In this document: positions 23,701 to 36,843 of the stretch, piece by piece
Layout: every line of letters begins with the position of its first letter
Position numbering within the stretch: the stretch's first letter is position 1
Assembly: GCA_040954595.2 (NCBI GenBank)
Contig: CM082580.2
Coordinates: 13,008,242 to 13,072,241, forward strand
DNA: 64,000 nucleotides
From: Balanoglossus misakiensis
Lineage: Eukaryota; Animalia; Hemichordata
Direction: 5' to 3'
Program-made: the position numbers and the translations under genes
Notes under the pieces: model-generated
The model's database searches: none
What the model was told of the DNA's origin: nothing
Seen by the model: the letters and a program-made list of their open reading frames with translations, nothing else

Positions 23701-26700
23701 GTCTCCTGGTGTGACAAGCCAGGGAAGGAAACTCCAGTTACACCATGGCAACAAGGCTGTCTATCAACAAAGACTAATCCTTACCTCAGGGAATGCCTCT
23801 CTTCCAAAGGGAGGTGGGAAATCAATGTCACCCCACTTGACCTTGCAAATGAACTCAGCAGTCTGGTCCAGCTTAGCAGCCAAGTCCAGCACATGAACTT
23901 GGTCAGTGACAACTAACAGAGGAACAACAAAAAGATAATTGTTTTCTTACTGCATGCATGCATACAACCACACAAACAGCTACACGTGCATGTAAACTTG
24001 TACCATTTTCTTTTCTGGCACATGAAGTAGATAGATAAATCAAGACTGAACTGATGACACAGATCATTGGCCAAGCATCGACCAATTCTAACTTACCTAG
24101 GGGGTTAATCTCCAAATAGGTGAAATACAAGTCTATGTACAAATTGTAAAGTTTCACAATGAAACAGGCAACCATGCTGCAGATAAGACAAAGGATTAAT
24201 GATTACAATAATAAAGTTGTACAAAAAATACTCAAGACTTTTTAATTGTATTCAGTGAACCTGTTAGTTGATTCATGTAAGTGTCAGAAGACAATAGAAT
24301 TGATTATCTTTGCATTTCCGACACTTATCATGAATGTGATGCTCAGTATACTGATCTTTTAACTTACTCTTTCTTTGCTGCCGGTACTTGGGTCAGTAAA
24401 ATCTGTTTGACCTCTCCTGCAGAGACCTTCATCTCCGTGGAGACAGGAATGTCCATTTTGACTGCCTGGATATGGATAGTAACAACATAGACATCTAAAT
24501 AAGATATAGAGGAATATTTGAATGAATGAGTAGAACATCTCAAATTTGAAAGAAAATCTACCTTTGCGTCAACATCTCCAATATCCACTCCGCCTTCATG
24601 GTAGAAAAGTATGGTGTCTGTGTTACGTGACGAGTAAATGCAGACGTACATCTCATCTTCTGGTTTGTGTGCCACAAATGGTTCAATAATGAAGTTTTTC
24701 AATAAACCAGAAGCAGCACCAATCTGTCAGAGAAAAATGTAGAAATAATAAATAATGGTGTTGGGATTGTCTTTTCCTGATTTTAATGTGTGACAATTGT
24801 GTACCCACCCGAACTACATAAATTTGTAGTATTGTTAGTATTCACCTTGATTTCCGTTCCAAGTCTCGTTGACAACCATTCTTTGACTCCTGCTAAGTCA
24901 ACATTGACTTTGATGAGTCCCAATTTCCCCCGCCTTTTGATCAGCTGATCAGGCTTGACGACCAGACGCTGGAAAATATAAAAAATAGAATCTACAATTT
25001 ACAAACAACATCTGTAAGATTTCATTTTTATGATATTCTTTCTATTAAATATTTTTTAATATGCAGGACATGCAACAGATGTTCCTGGAATGTGAAGATT
25101 ACCATGGCAACATGATGGCCACACTGTAACATATGGGAAATGGCAGAAATTCTGAACGTACACAATATAGGTACACTTAAAATTTGCCCTATGAAAATGC
25201 CAATGTGTAATAACATGCAATGACATTTCTGCTGACTTTATAAAGTCAACTGTCTAAATTTAGAATTGTAGATGTTATCTTTCTTCTGGAGAACGAATTC
25301 AGGTAGCCAAATCAATTAAGCAGACCAAGGGGAATACATCCATCAAGATTAATTCATCAAAATCTGAGGAGTTCTGCAAAGGTCTACTGGAAAAATGTTA
25401 CTTATCTGGACTGCTGCTAAATTAGACTCAACGATCAACTGAACAAAGTGGTTTGATATTGAGCTAATCTGAAGTGAATGTTGTTTTTCAACTGAGTAAT
25501 ATGTAGAAATTTGATATCAAAATTAAATTGGTTAAGTTTCAGACAATTCTCAACAACTTAAATCATGCTTTTCTATTAGGCAATAATAGTTTCATTCATT
25601 TTCTTTCCAAAAATACTTTATATTGGCATTTAATCGGTTCATGGAACAATGGCATAAAGGCAAAGCTGTTTGGCATCAGCTGTGTCTTTTTACAGGTCAA
25701 TTCACTATGCTTCATAAAATAAAATCTGTAACATTGTGTGAATGATCAGATGACTTTTATTCAATAATGAAATTGATATGAATATTTAAGAGATTCAGAA
25801 TAATTGATTTTCGACAAAACACACAAATTATCCGAAAGTACATGTACCTATAATTCAAATTCAAAATGGCTCTCATGAACATTTCTGAATTAAAAACGAC
25901 AAGCTCAAATTGATATTCTGTAGAGGAATCTGTAGAGGAATTTGTAGATGTCTTCTTGAAAACCCATCCTGGCTGAGACTGAAATCAAGTGTACGATTGT
26001 AAATTTTGCATTTTTAGTGGCACACACTTACAACACAGCATGACATTACAAATCTGTTTGAATTGTGGTTAATTTGCAGAGAGTGACCACTCTTTTTAAG
26101 CCACAATAAATCATGCAAAGCCTTTCATTTATATCCTGCCACTTTAGCGCTTATACACTCAAGTGGCTGTCATTGACAACAATCGAAGTGATTAGCTCTA
26201 TCAAGATCACAAACCTCTGTATTTGTGATCTTCCATTGGAAATACATGATTGCATGCATGTTTTGTGCATTAAGCACTAGCACTGCCTGGTACTTTGTAC
26301 AACTGACACTGCACAAATCTTTTTTACAATTTGAAACAAGAGCAGCATTGCAAAAACTTGCTTTTTATACTCTCGCATCACCATGGAGACCGATATAACT
26401 GTGACATGTAATGTAATTTAGCACTGATAATTTAATTCTATCGTTTAGAGAGCTACATGCAGAACACATGGGCAATGAAGTGCATCAGTGATTTCCACCA
26501 CTGAATAATTTGTTTGATCCAAATTGATTTCTTGTTAAATGAAATTGACCATGATGAAGGATGTATATTCAGACAGACATCTTCAAGCTACGTGTACATG
26601 TCTCCCTAGGTTGGCTGTTATTTCTATATTGTTACATCACAGAATCATAATAGCATGTACCAGCAGATTTGGTGTAAAGTGCTGATGGCCGATGATCCAG

Positions 26701-29700
26701 CATGTTTCAGCAAAGTGGGAAATGTTTATTTCTCATACAAAAACAAACTTGCAAAAATACTGTCCTTTGGCAGTTTCGTTGCTCTGTCCTTTTACCAGAT
26801 TCACTCAGTAGACACCACTTCACCAATGACGCACAGACACTTGCAATTAATAACTTAATAAGTTGACGTTATACATTATATGTAATGATGTCAAGAAGCT
26901 CAAGGCAGTCTCAATTCCTTTGCTTCATCTTCTCACAACAAGGAAGAAATTTCTCTGCAAAAATTGTCTGTCCAAGATCTAGTAATGTGGACTATACACT
27001 ATAAATATCTGGCGCCAAACTATGTTGTATCTCTACCTACAACAGAATCAGCGAATGGAATCCTGTCAAATGAGCTCTTGGATTAATCATCACAAAATCT
27101 AATTTCTCCTCTTTCTGACAGTCACAGTGTAATTTAAATGAATACTTCACAAACATTTTACACTGCAGATTGAATTTTTGTTCTTATAAGACTTCATACA
27201 GCAAGCAACACTTCAATTTCGTTCAGATGCATTTAGGTGTCATTAATTTAATAGCAAACACGCCCAGTAAAACAGTGAAACTGATCCACCAGGTTCTAAC
27301 ATAGAATTATTTTTTTTTTCACATTGGTAATCAAATATAATGGTTTAGCATAGTTATGCACCATGAAATGTTTTTCAGGAGTAATTTTCCGTCCAATTTG
27401 TTCTCATCAGTATCCCAGTCATGTTTGCATTTTTAACTGATTGAGTGAAAGTTTAATATCATTACGCAGCTCAACCCTGAGTTTATTTGCCGTCTTGCGT
27501 ACTACCAATCACTTTAGTTGTAAGTGCGTCGCTGTAATAATGTCAGCATTGAGGCCTAATGCAGGGGGGAACAATAATGTTTGGATAAAACCAGAATCAA
27601 AAATGTGTAGTCATACTAGTGTGTCGGAATGAAATTCAAGTCTTTGTCTATGAAACACCTGATTGACTGCGGCTCTGTTCCCATCAACTTCAACTCACAA
27701 CTCATGTACATCTGTAATTCCTCGTGAAAATGTTGAAATTTTAATATCATGTAAATTTAGGGGTTGAAAATATCACCAGCGACAAATTTCCACTTTCCTT
27801 TAAATTGAAATCATTTTAAGGTTGTCGCTGTTTGCAGCAAGTTGATATCACACAAAAATCATGGCACCAGCTTTCCAATTAAGGCTTGATGATCAAAACT
27901 TGCAATGTTGCTGGCAGGGGTATTATTAAAACTGAAGAAATGTACAGGTTGTGTTGTTAACATCCGTTGAACACAACTGCATCACCACAAACTCTGATGA
28001 GAAGCCCAGGTGGGCAGCTATTAACTCTCATGGAGGCATTATCATTTTACCATTCCACTTAAATGCATCAGAAATTGAAAATAAAAGTTTAAATTCAAAA
28101 TGTGATAATACATGATGTGGTATACACTACTGAGAATGCATACATTTTTAGTTCAACTATTGATTATTCTTGTATGGTGTTTAATTTGCCATAGCTGTTA
28201 CATAATTCATTGAATAATTAAAAGGAAAATTAAATTATTTGAAAAATAAATGCAACTTTTTTGTAAATGACATTTTCAGTGGTGATCAAAAAGTAGAAGT
28301 TAAATTGATGATTATGAATTTTAGCATCCAAGTTTTTAATTTTTTTAGTAACCAACTTTACTCTATGGCTGATTAATTCCACAACTGCTTCCATGGTAAC
28401 ATTATTTTTAACACTGGCTGCTGTTTGCCACTGCTAACATTTTCACCTTTCCAGCAAAATACTTACAACATGATGATGTGGCAACCATATGTTTGTGTGC
28501 ACTGAAACATGGGTTGATTACCAATAAAATTGATTGAAAGTTGTACAAAATTAATTGATTCATTTCTAGGGCAATAATTCTGGTTTACTTTCTGTACAGT
28601 GATCGAATTCAAAGTTCAGTATGATGACATCACAGTCCTGACCCCTGCTACCACAGGCCCACCAGCAGATTTGCCATATTTTCATTTGTAAAATGTAACA
28701 ATTTGCAGGTAATTGACTGAGTGGAAGTAATTAACTAGTGTGGCTTATGCATTCTTCCACACAATGAATATTTCCTGTCTGTCTTTTGTATAGCTCCGTG
28801 GCATGCATGTACATGTACACGTCTTGTCCTAGAATAAACCCAACAGGACATGTTATATAATTCAGGGAGATCAAGTTTGATCAATGAAAGGATAATACAA
28901 TCCATAAAAGACAAAGAATGAAATTATTATTCATAGTTAAAGAAACAGAACATAATGCTTCAAACAAGATGTCTGCATTTCACTTCATGTGTGTATGTCA
29001 CTGTATTGTATTGTGCTGTATTGTATATTATATTATACCAGTATATTGATGGTGTAAATCACGCTATTTGATTGGTCGAGACACGACACGTGACCGTGAT
29101 ATATTAGCCATATACCACAGTCATATATCATAGTTAAAGAAAATGCCTTTTTAAAATGTTTTATGCAAAGTTTCAATATACTGGCATAATATAATAGCAA
29201 TAAAACACCCCCAGCCATGGTATACCACTCGATTTTGACCAGTTCAACTCCATATACGCACTCGCTATCGCTCGTGCGTATATGTCGTGAACTGGTCAAA
29301 ATCTCGTGATATACCATGGCTGGGGGTGTTTTATTGCTTAAATATTGTATTGTATTCCATTGTACTGAAATACAATCATCATACTCTGTGAGAAATCTTA
29401 CAGATTCTCGTCTCGAACGACTGATACAGAAACTAGTGATAGAGAGGCTGCAGTTGTAACACCCATGAATGAGAAAGAATACAGCCACTGATTAAAAAGA
29501 GACATGGTGTTATCACTGAGTCAATAAAATCACACTTTGACAATCAGCTTGAAGATACTGGGCTCTGAGACCACTGACCATCATGCTGCTGGAACTGGTT
29601 GGGACAAGATGAGTGACTGTGACAGTAGAGTTGTGTTGAATGCTGCATATGTGATCATTCAGAGGATAGACCACACCACAGTCCCTTTATCACATGTGCC

Positions 29701-29938
29701 AGAGGGACTATGACCATCACATGTGATAGACGGACTCAATAGTGGACCAGTCTTACCCCCATGAGCCTTCTAGTATCTCTCTTACCTCTGTGGTCAGCCA
29801 GGGATGTTGTTGCACCAAAACATCCCAATTGGTGTCTTCCGTCACTGTTGCATATCTATTCTTGGCTGCCAGGTCACATGACAAGTGTTTTGTCATGAGG
29901 TCTTTACCAGTTGCCTCTCTGATTGCCTTTGCTGACAT
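14698..29938 (-). CDS. ACLY: ATP-citrate synthase (ATP-citrate lyase), multi-exon; span runs to the distal last exon
   Basis: Exons encode [12 protein letters not shown] (29938-29786), [100 protein letters not shown] (phospho-His motif), [23 protein letters not shown] and [12 protein letters not shown] (17684-17608). Splice sites checked are GT-AG. Confidence 0.97.
17051..17148 (-). CDS. ACLY: ACLY proximal alternative last exon
   Basis: catgcag|(G)[31 protein letters not shown], same phase, with AATAAA on - at 16867-16872. Confidence 0.85.
22880..22937 (-). mobile_element. Short interspersed MITE-like repeat, copy in an ACLY intron
   Basis: GAAAACAACGGATTTAGACCAAACCATGGTGGTCAAAGGG is the approximate reverse complement of sequence at 44037-44125 and 61019-61108, and resembles 38904-38948. 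Confidence 0.45.
29030..29345. mobile_element. Non-autonomous element ending in a ~143-bp hairpin
   Basis: AGCAATAAAACACCCCCAGCCATGGTATA..TTTTGACCAGTTCA / TGAACTGGTCAAAA..TATACCATGGCTGGGGGTGTTTTATTGCT (29196-29338). TGTAT-type microsatellite lies on both sides. Confidence 0.6.
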
Positions 29939-31967
29939 TGTGATAAGTTAATAAGTTTGGTCTGCTCTGCAAAATAAGATCAAAGATGTGTCTGTCAAAA
30001 TATCAGTCAAAATGTATGCATTAACTAGCTTGAGTTTATATTTTGCCAATATTTTATTTTGGTGGCTGATATCAATCCAGAAAATATTTTGGGATGTACA
30101 CATCTGTCCAAAATAAAATCCAAATTGACTTTAAATGCACTTGACAGAAACAAATTAGAGACAAATAACATGAGTATGAGCAAATATAAATTCAAATGTA
30201 TATTCTACAACAGCTGACATCAAGGGGAGAGTATTTAAAGAGATAAAAATAGATTGAGACCAAACGCACACTGTGTATATCAGGCTTCGCATCAACGAAT
30301 GAACAGGCACCAGCTCCTCAGTACCTGTACACTCACCTGGGTCAAAGGTCATGAAAATAATCCAAGTCATCACCCCACCCAATCCTACTATGCAAGTTCC
30401 TTGTACCTACCTCCATGCTCGTACTCAGTTAATTTATTTCAATTTCAACAACAAAATCTGAAACTTTCCCAGTCCAAGTGATGAACAGCAGGATGACTTC
30501 CCTTTAGGTTGTTCAGGTACATGTATTATCAAAACAATAAATTGTGTTCAACACTGCTAACCCTAGAATATTGGCTATTGTGATGGAAGACAATTGATTT
30601 CACAGGATGAATCATTTCTACCATCAGCACACGACCAACAACTGTTGTGTAACACTTCAATCTGTCCACCACTGAGTTTGTACAAAAGATAAGCCATGCA
30701 CTTAATTTTCATATTTGAAAATTTGAGAAAAACTGTATATTCTTTTTAATTGTATAAACATACACTCAGAGATACACACATGAGCACAGACAGTAATGCA
30801 CAGCTTCAATTTCCGTCAAAGAACGTGACTTTCAATGAAACACTTCAGCACCATCTTGATGGGAAACTTTTGACCTCGCGCCAATATCATCAATCACAGA
30901 ATAATCCTATTGGATTTGCTTGGCTGGCTCATTCCATTAACAGTACAGGGCCGACAGAAGTAAACATCTCACTGTCACCTTGGCGTATGTGACTTCTTCA
31001 CAGCAAGTGCTTTTGTACTGTTTTATATGGCATTGCATTTTTACATTGGGTGGAGTGACCACAATCAACAATGGTAGACTGAGGGCTGATGTTTTTTGTA
31101 AAAGGCCTTGCAGCTTTTAAAGATTTGGCATGCCAGACAGTATGTTTATGAGATGTTTTTATGGTGAGCAATGCCACGTGGACACTGCAGTCCTTCTATC
31201 AGTGAAAATCCAGTGACCCTTTAATGAATAAAATTTGTGAATGACTTCTACTACAGTACTAGCTAGTACACATCCTAGGCTATACTGCCAGTGTATATAT
31301 TATAATGATGTGCTACTACTGTACCCTTGAGAGACATGTATCATGAGGAAGTACAAAACCCCTGACCCGGATTCTTGTCAAGCAAACGTAGAATTGGAGA
31401 ATGGTCAATAGGATCTGACATGCGGATGTTATTCTTCTGTCCTCCCATACCTTTTGGCATCTATCCACCCGGGCCTGCGACTGACCGTAGGCGTTAGGCG
31501 TCACTCAGCTGTTACCATACAAGTCTGTGCTATGTACATATCAGAAACGTGGCAAAATGATCGTGTGCACACTGCGGTTTTTATTAACCGAGTACACAAA
31601 CTGTATAATGACAAGAAAGCTCTCACTTACCTGCAAAGTATATTATCAAACCGTAGGCTTATTCTTTGCCAAAAGAGAATTAGTACTAAACGTACGGAGC
31701 GTAACAGCCTTGATCGCTCGATGCAATGTCAGGTGAGTGCATGAAAATCACGCCACCTAAGTGATGAATACATGAACTCATTAGGACCTTCTAACTCGCT
31801 CATCTTTCGTCAACAGTGGTTTTCACCATGAGTATATACATGTATTTGTTTGATAATATTAATGAATAAACGAGGTAAACTGTAGGTGTACATCAGGATA
31901 TGAGTTGGATGATACATGGTAATTTATTAAAGTGACGCGACAGGACAAAGTTATAATCAAAACTTAC

Positions 31968-32160
31968 TTTTTATATGTTGAAAATGATTTGAAAGCAATG
32001 TTTTCTTCTTGGGTGGGGGCGCTCTTTACGATGTCCGTGATATATGTGACCGGCCACACGTCGGACGCTCTTGACTCTCGGAATCGTCCGATGAAAAGCG
32101 CTGTGTCTATTGGCAGAGAAGAGACACACCTCCGTTTTAGGCCTGCCTCCGCTTGAGTCA
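31968..32160 (-). promoter_or_regulatory. Probable ACLY promoter and non-coding first exon
   Basis: CpG-rich patch, CCAAT on - (32109-32113) and a GTAAGT donor on - at 31962-31967. The ATG exon has an acceptor at 29967-29968, so an upstream UTR exon is expected. Confidence 0.45.
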
Positions 32161-33014
32161 TACAGTGTAGCCCATCCACAACACTCTATTGTCTTTGAGC
32201 AAACGCACGTCCTTGTGGCGTGAACGAATGCCAGGGTCCGGTTTTTTTCCGTCTGTTAAAAAAAAAAATGGACAGCAATAACATCCAATAGGAACACTAC
32301 TACATTGTAGTATATCCTCCACAAAAATGCTCTCAAAACTCCGAATACATATTTTTCATATTTTAAAACATGGTGTTATTTACCGAAATTTTGTCGGGTT
32401 GGTCACACTTTATATTAATTTAAATAGTATTACGTTCAAAACAAATTAAAAAAGAAACGGGAATTGGGTCGTTGATGGGGAAATTATTTTAAAACTTGCA
32501 ATTTACCACTTATACTAGTACATTGTACTGAAAGATCAATCAGAAACGAAATGCCCCCCCCCCCCCCCAAATGAGGTTTCCACGACAACTAGTACTTTTA
32601 CACGCACTGGCTAGGCCTATAACACAAGCACGTTAATTTTTGCCTTATAGACCTAGAACATAAGGCAATATATTTAGATATAAAAAAAAATTCATTTTCC
32701 TGATGTTTACTTATGTTATACATCAATGAACTTTAAAAACAAAATTGAATAAAAAAAACACGGCGTTTCCGTACTATCTTTTCAGTTGGATGGTCTAAGA
32801 AAAGTGCCGCCGAGTCAATACACATCATCAACATCATCACCACATGATACTTTTCAATTCACCCCACTACCCCATATGTATAGAGTTCTCGACTATTTGC
32901 AACATTTCTTTTTTGATACCAGGGATTGGATTGAACACAAGTTCGATTTCAGTGATGGGCAAGTTTTTTCGGGTAAATAGAGAAATCTTCAACGTTCTAC
33001 TCTAACAGGGAAAC

Positions 33015-36000
33015 ATTTTTGTCGCGGTTCACTTGGGCAAGTCTGAATACGTAGTGCTCAAGAAAGAGAAAGAAAAACTCGCTAAACCGTGTCTTTCCGT
33101 CCGCATGACCAACCAAGGAGCGAAAAAGTCATTATTTGGGCCGTAATAAAACGTTTTTGTCGCCGAGGAGTGAATAAAGAACGGTCAGATCGTTGCGGTG
33201 CAGGGAACTCTTATTTGCACCGCAGCGATGTGAACTCTTATTTGCACCGCTGCGGTGCAAATAAGAGTTCGCACCGCTGCGGTGCAAATAAGATCACTGT
33301 AGTTATGCTGCAATATAGTGCGATAAATTTCCGACTTTTTCGAGAACACATCCTGATGGCCAAGGGTTCAGGAAGGCCTGACTTTTACCTCAAGGTGTCA
33401 ACTGATGTTGGTTCGAGACCACTTTTTTTTCTATTTCTTTTTTTTTGGTGAGAACTCAACGATATTGTCATATTATTTTTTTTTCAATTTCATAAATCCA
33501 ATTCATTTCAATATCTACGCTGTGTTTTTTATCTGTCGGAAACATGCAGGGAAACTTGGTCATTTTTTGTCGCGGTTCACTTGGGCAAGTCTGAATACGT
33601 AGTGCTCAGGAAAGAGAAAGAAAAACTCGCTAAAACCGTGTCTTTCCGTCCGCATGACCAACCAAGGAGCGAAAAAGTCATTATTTGGGCCGTAATAAAA
33701 CGTTTTTGTCGCCGAGGAGTGAATAAAGAACGGTCAGATCGTTGCGGTGCAGGGAACTCTTATTTGCACCGCAGCGATGTGAACTCTTATTTGCACCGCT
33801 GCGGTGCAAATAAGAGTTCGCACCGCTGCGGTGCAAATAAGATCACTGTAGTTATGCTGCAATATAGTGCGATAAATTTCAGACTTTTTCGAGAACACAT
33901 CCTGATGGCCAAGGGTTCAGGAAGGCCTGACTTTTACCTCAAGGTGTCAACTGATGTTGGTTCGAGACCACTTTTTTTTCTATTTCTTTTTTTTGGTGAG
34001 AACTCAACGATATTGTCATATTATTTTTTTTTCAATTTCATAAATCCAATTCATTTCAATATCTACGCTGTGTTTTTTATCTGTCGGAAACATGCAGGGA
34101 AACTTGGTCATTTTTTGTCGCGGTTCACTTGGGCAAGTCTGAATACGTAGTGCTCAGGAAAGAGAAAGAAAAAGTCGCTAAAACCGTGTCTTTCCGTCCG
34201 CATGACCAACCAAGGAGCGAAAAAGTCATTATTTGGGCCGTAATAAAACGTTTTTGTCGCCGAGGAGTGAATAAAGAACGGTCAGATCGTTGCGGTGCAG
34301 GGAACTCTTATTTGCACCGCAGCGATGTGAACTCTTATTTGCACCGCTGCGGTGCAAATAAGAGTTCGCACCGCTGCGGTGCAAATAAGATCATTGTAGT
34401 TATGCTGCAATATAGTGCGATAAATTTCCGACTTTTTCGAGAACACATCCTGATGGCCAAGGGTTCAGGAAGGCCTGACTTTTACCTCAAGGTGTCAACT
34501 GATGTTGGTTCGAGACCACTTTTTTTTTCTATTTCTTTTTTTTGGTGAGAACTCAACGATATTGTCATATTATTTTTTTTTCAATTTCATAAATCCAATT
34601 CATTTCAATATCTACGCTGTGTTTTTTATCTGTCGGAAACATGCAGGGAAACTTGGTCATTTTTTGTCGCGGTTCACTTGGGCAAGTCTGAATACGTAGT
34701 GCTCAGGAAAGAGAAAGAAAAAGTCGCTAAAACCGTGTCTTTCCGTCCGCATGACCAACCAAGGAGCGAAAAAGTCATTATTTGGGCCGTAATAAAACGT
34801 TTTTGTCGCCGAGGAGTGAATAAAGAACGGTCAGATCGTTGCGGTGCAGGGAACTCTTATTTGCACCGCAGCGATGTGAACTCTTATTTGCACCGCTGCG
34901 GTGCAAATAAGAGTTCGCACCGCTGCGGTGCAAATAAGATCATTGTAGTTATGCTGCAATATAGTGCGATAAATTTCCGACTTTTTCGAGAACACATCCT
35001 GATGGCCAAGGGTTCAGGAAGGCCTGACTTTTACCTCAAGGTGTCAACTGATGTTGGTTCGAGACCACTTTTTTTTTCTATTTCTTTTTTTTGGTGAGAA
35101 CTCAACGATATTGTCATATTATTTTTTTTTCAATTTCATAAATCCAATTCATTTCAATATCTACGCTGTGTTTTTTATCTGTCGGAAACATGCAGGGAAA
35201 CTTGGTCATTTTTTGTCGCGGTTCACTTGGGCAAGTCTGAATACGTAGTGCTCAGGAAAGAGAAAGAAAAACTCGCTAAAACCGTGTCTTTCCGTCCGCA
35301 TGACCAACCAAGGAGCGAAAAAGTCATTATTTGGGCCGTAATAAAACGTTTTTGTCGCCGAGGAGTGAATAAAGAACGGTCAGATCGTTGCGGTGCAGGG
35401 AACTCTTATTTGCACCGCAGCGATGTGAACTCTTATTTGCACCGCTGCGGTGCAAATAAGAGTTCGCACCGCTGCGGTGCAAATAAGATCATTGTAGTTA
35501 TGCTGCAATATAGTGCGGTAAATTTCCGACTTTTTCGAGAACACATCCTGATGGCCAAGGGTTCAGGAAGGCCTGACTTTTACCTCAAGGTGTCAACTGA
35601 TGTTGGTTCGAGACCACTTTTTTTTTCTATTTCTTTTTTTTTTGTGAGAACTCAACGATATTGTCATATTAATTTTTATCAATTTCATAAATCCAATTCA
35701 TTTCAATATCTACGCTGTGTTTTTTATCTGTCGGGTATAAGAAACATGCAGGGAAACTTGGTCATTTTTTTGTCGCGGTACACTTGGGCAAGTCTGAATA
35801 CGTAGTGCTCAGGAAAGAGAAAGAAAAACTCGCTAAAACCGTGTCTTTCCGTCCGCATGACCAACCAAGGAGCGAAAAAGTCATTATTGGGGCCGTAATA
35901 AAACGTTTTTGTCGCCGAGGAGTGAATAAAGAACGGTCAGATCGTTGCGGTGCAGGGAACTCTTATTTGCACCGCAGCGATGTGAACTCTTATTTGCACC

Positions 36001-36350
36001 GCTGCGGTGCAAATAAGAGTTCGCACCGCTGCGGTGCAAATAAGATCATTGTAGTTATGCTGCAATATAGTGCGATAAATTTCCGACTTTTTCGAGAACA
36101 CATCCTGATGGCCAAGGGTTCAGGAAGGCCTGACTTTTACCTCAAGGTGTCAACTGATGTTGGTTCGAGACCACTTTTTTTCTATTTCTTTTTTTTTGGT
36201 GAGAACTCAACGATATTGTCATATTATTTTTTTTTCAATTTCATAAATCCAATTCATTTCAATATCTACGCTGTGTTTTTTATCTGTCGGAAACATGCAG
36301 GGAAACTTGGTCATTTTTTGTCGCGGTTCACTTGGGCAAGTCTGAATACG
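33015..36350. repeat. Tandem array of 6 near-identical ~549-bp units plus a ~30-bp partial unit
   Basis: GTCGCGGT(T/A)CACTTGGGCAAGTCTGAATACG recurs at 33021, 33569, 34117, 34666, 35215, 35772 and 36320 (periods 548, 548, 549, 549, 557, 548). Confidence 0.97.
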
Positions 36351-36776
36351 GAGGGTAAGGGTTAGGAATCCAATTTTTTGGCCCAATTTTTGGGGTACCC
36401 TCAGCTTACCTTTGAAGTACTTACTGAAGTACTTACATAACGTAGAAGTTCACTTTTGGTTGTTGTGTTTGTACTTTTAGGACATCCATTTCGGGTGGTT
36501 GCCTACTTCCCCACATCTCCACATCCAGAGCAAATACAGCCTACGTATTTGAATGGTACAACCCTGAATGGAGTCTTATGGTTATTATCTCTATGCTCGG
36601 GCCCCTTCAATGCTGCTTGCAGCTTTAATTCGCTTATTTTTTTAAACGCCCGTAAGTACATTTATTTGGAATATTCTGGTATCTCCGTCATGAAGTGAAC
36701 GTGTATTGTTCTTGGAAATTTGATTAAAAGCGCGCCATCACTCGATGAGTATTCCTTTGTACTTTGTTACTGGATT

Positions 36777-36803
36777 ACTTCCGGTGTTTTTGCCGCCATC
36801 TTG
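36777..36803 (+). promoter_or_regulatory. SUMO proximal promoter motifs (ETS-like and YY1-like)
   Basis: ACTTCCGG (36777-36784) and GCCGCCATCTTG (36792-36803), 40-70 bp upstream of the ATG. Confidence 0.5.
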
Positions 36804-36843
36804 CTGGACAGAGCAAGCACAGTGTGTAACACAGAATTACAAC

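Noticed and set aside
29033-29488. 151-aa minus-strand ORF in the ACLY intron
   Set aside because: Runs through the palindromic repeat and has no recognisable protein features.
33015-36350. CRISPR-like or rDNA/snRNA array reading of the tandem repeat
   Set aside because: Whole units are near-identical with no variable spacers, the context is eukaryotic, and no 5S, U-snRNA or tRNA sequence is recognisable in the unit.
33089-36365. Repeated 120-193 aa ORFs (MGKSEYVVLRKEK...) in the tandem array
   Set aside because: They start at TTG/GTG, frames shift between units at poly-T tracts, and the apparent protein repeats simply translate the DNA palindrome.
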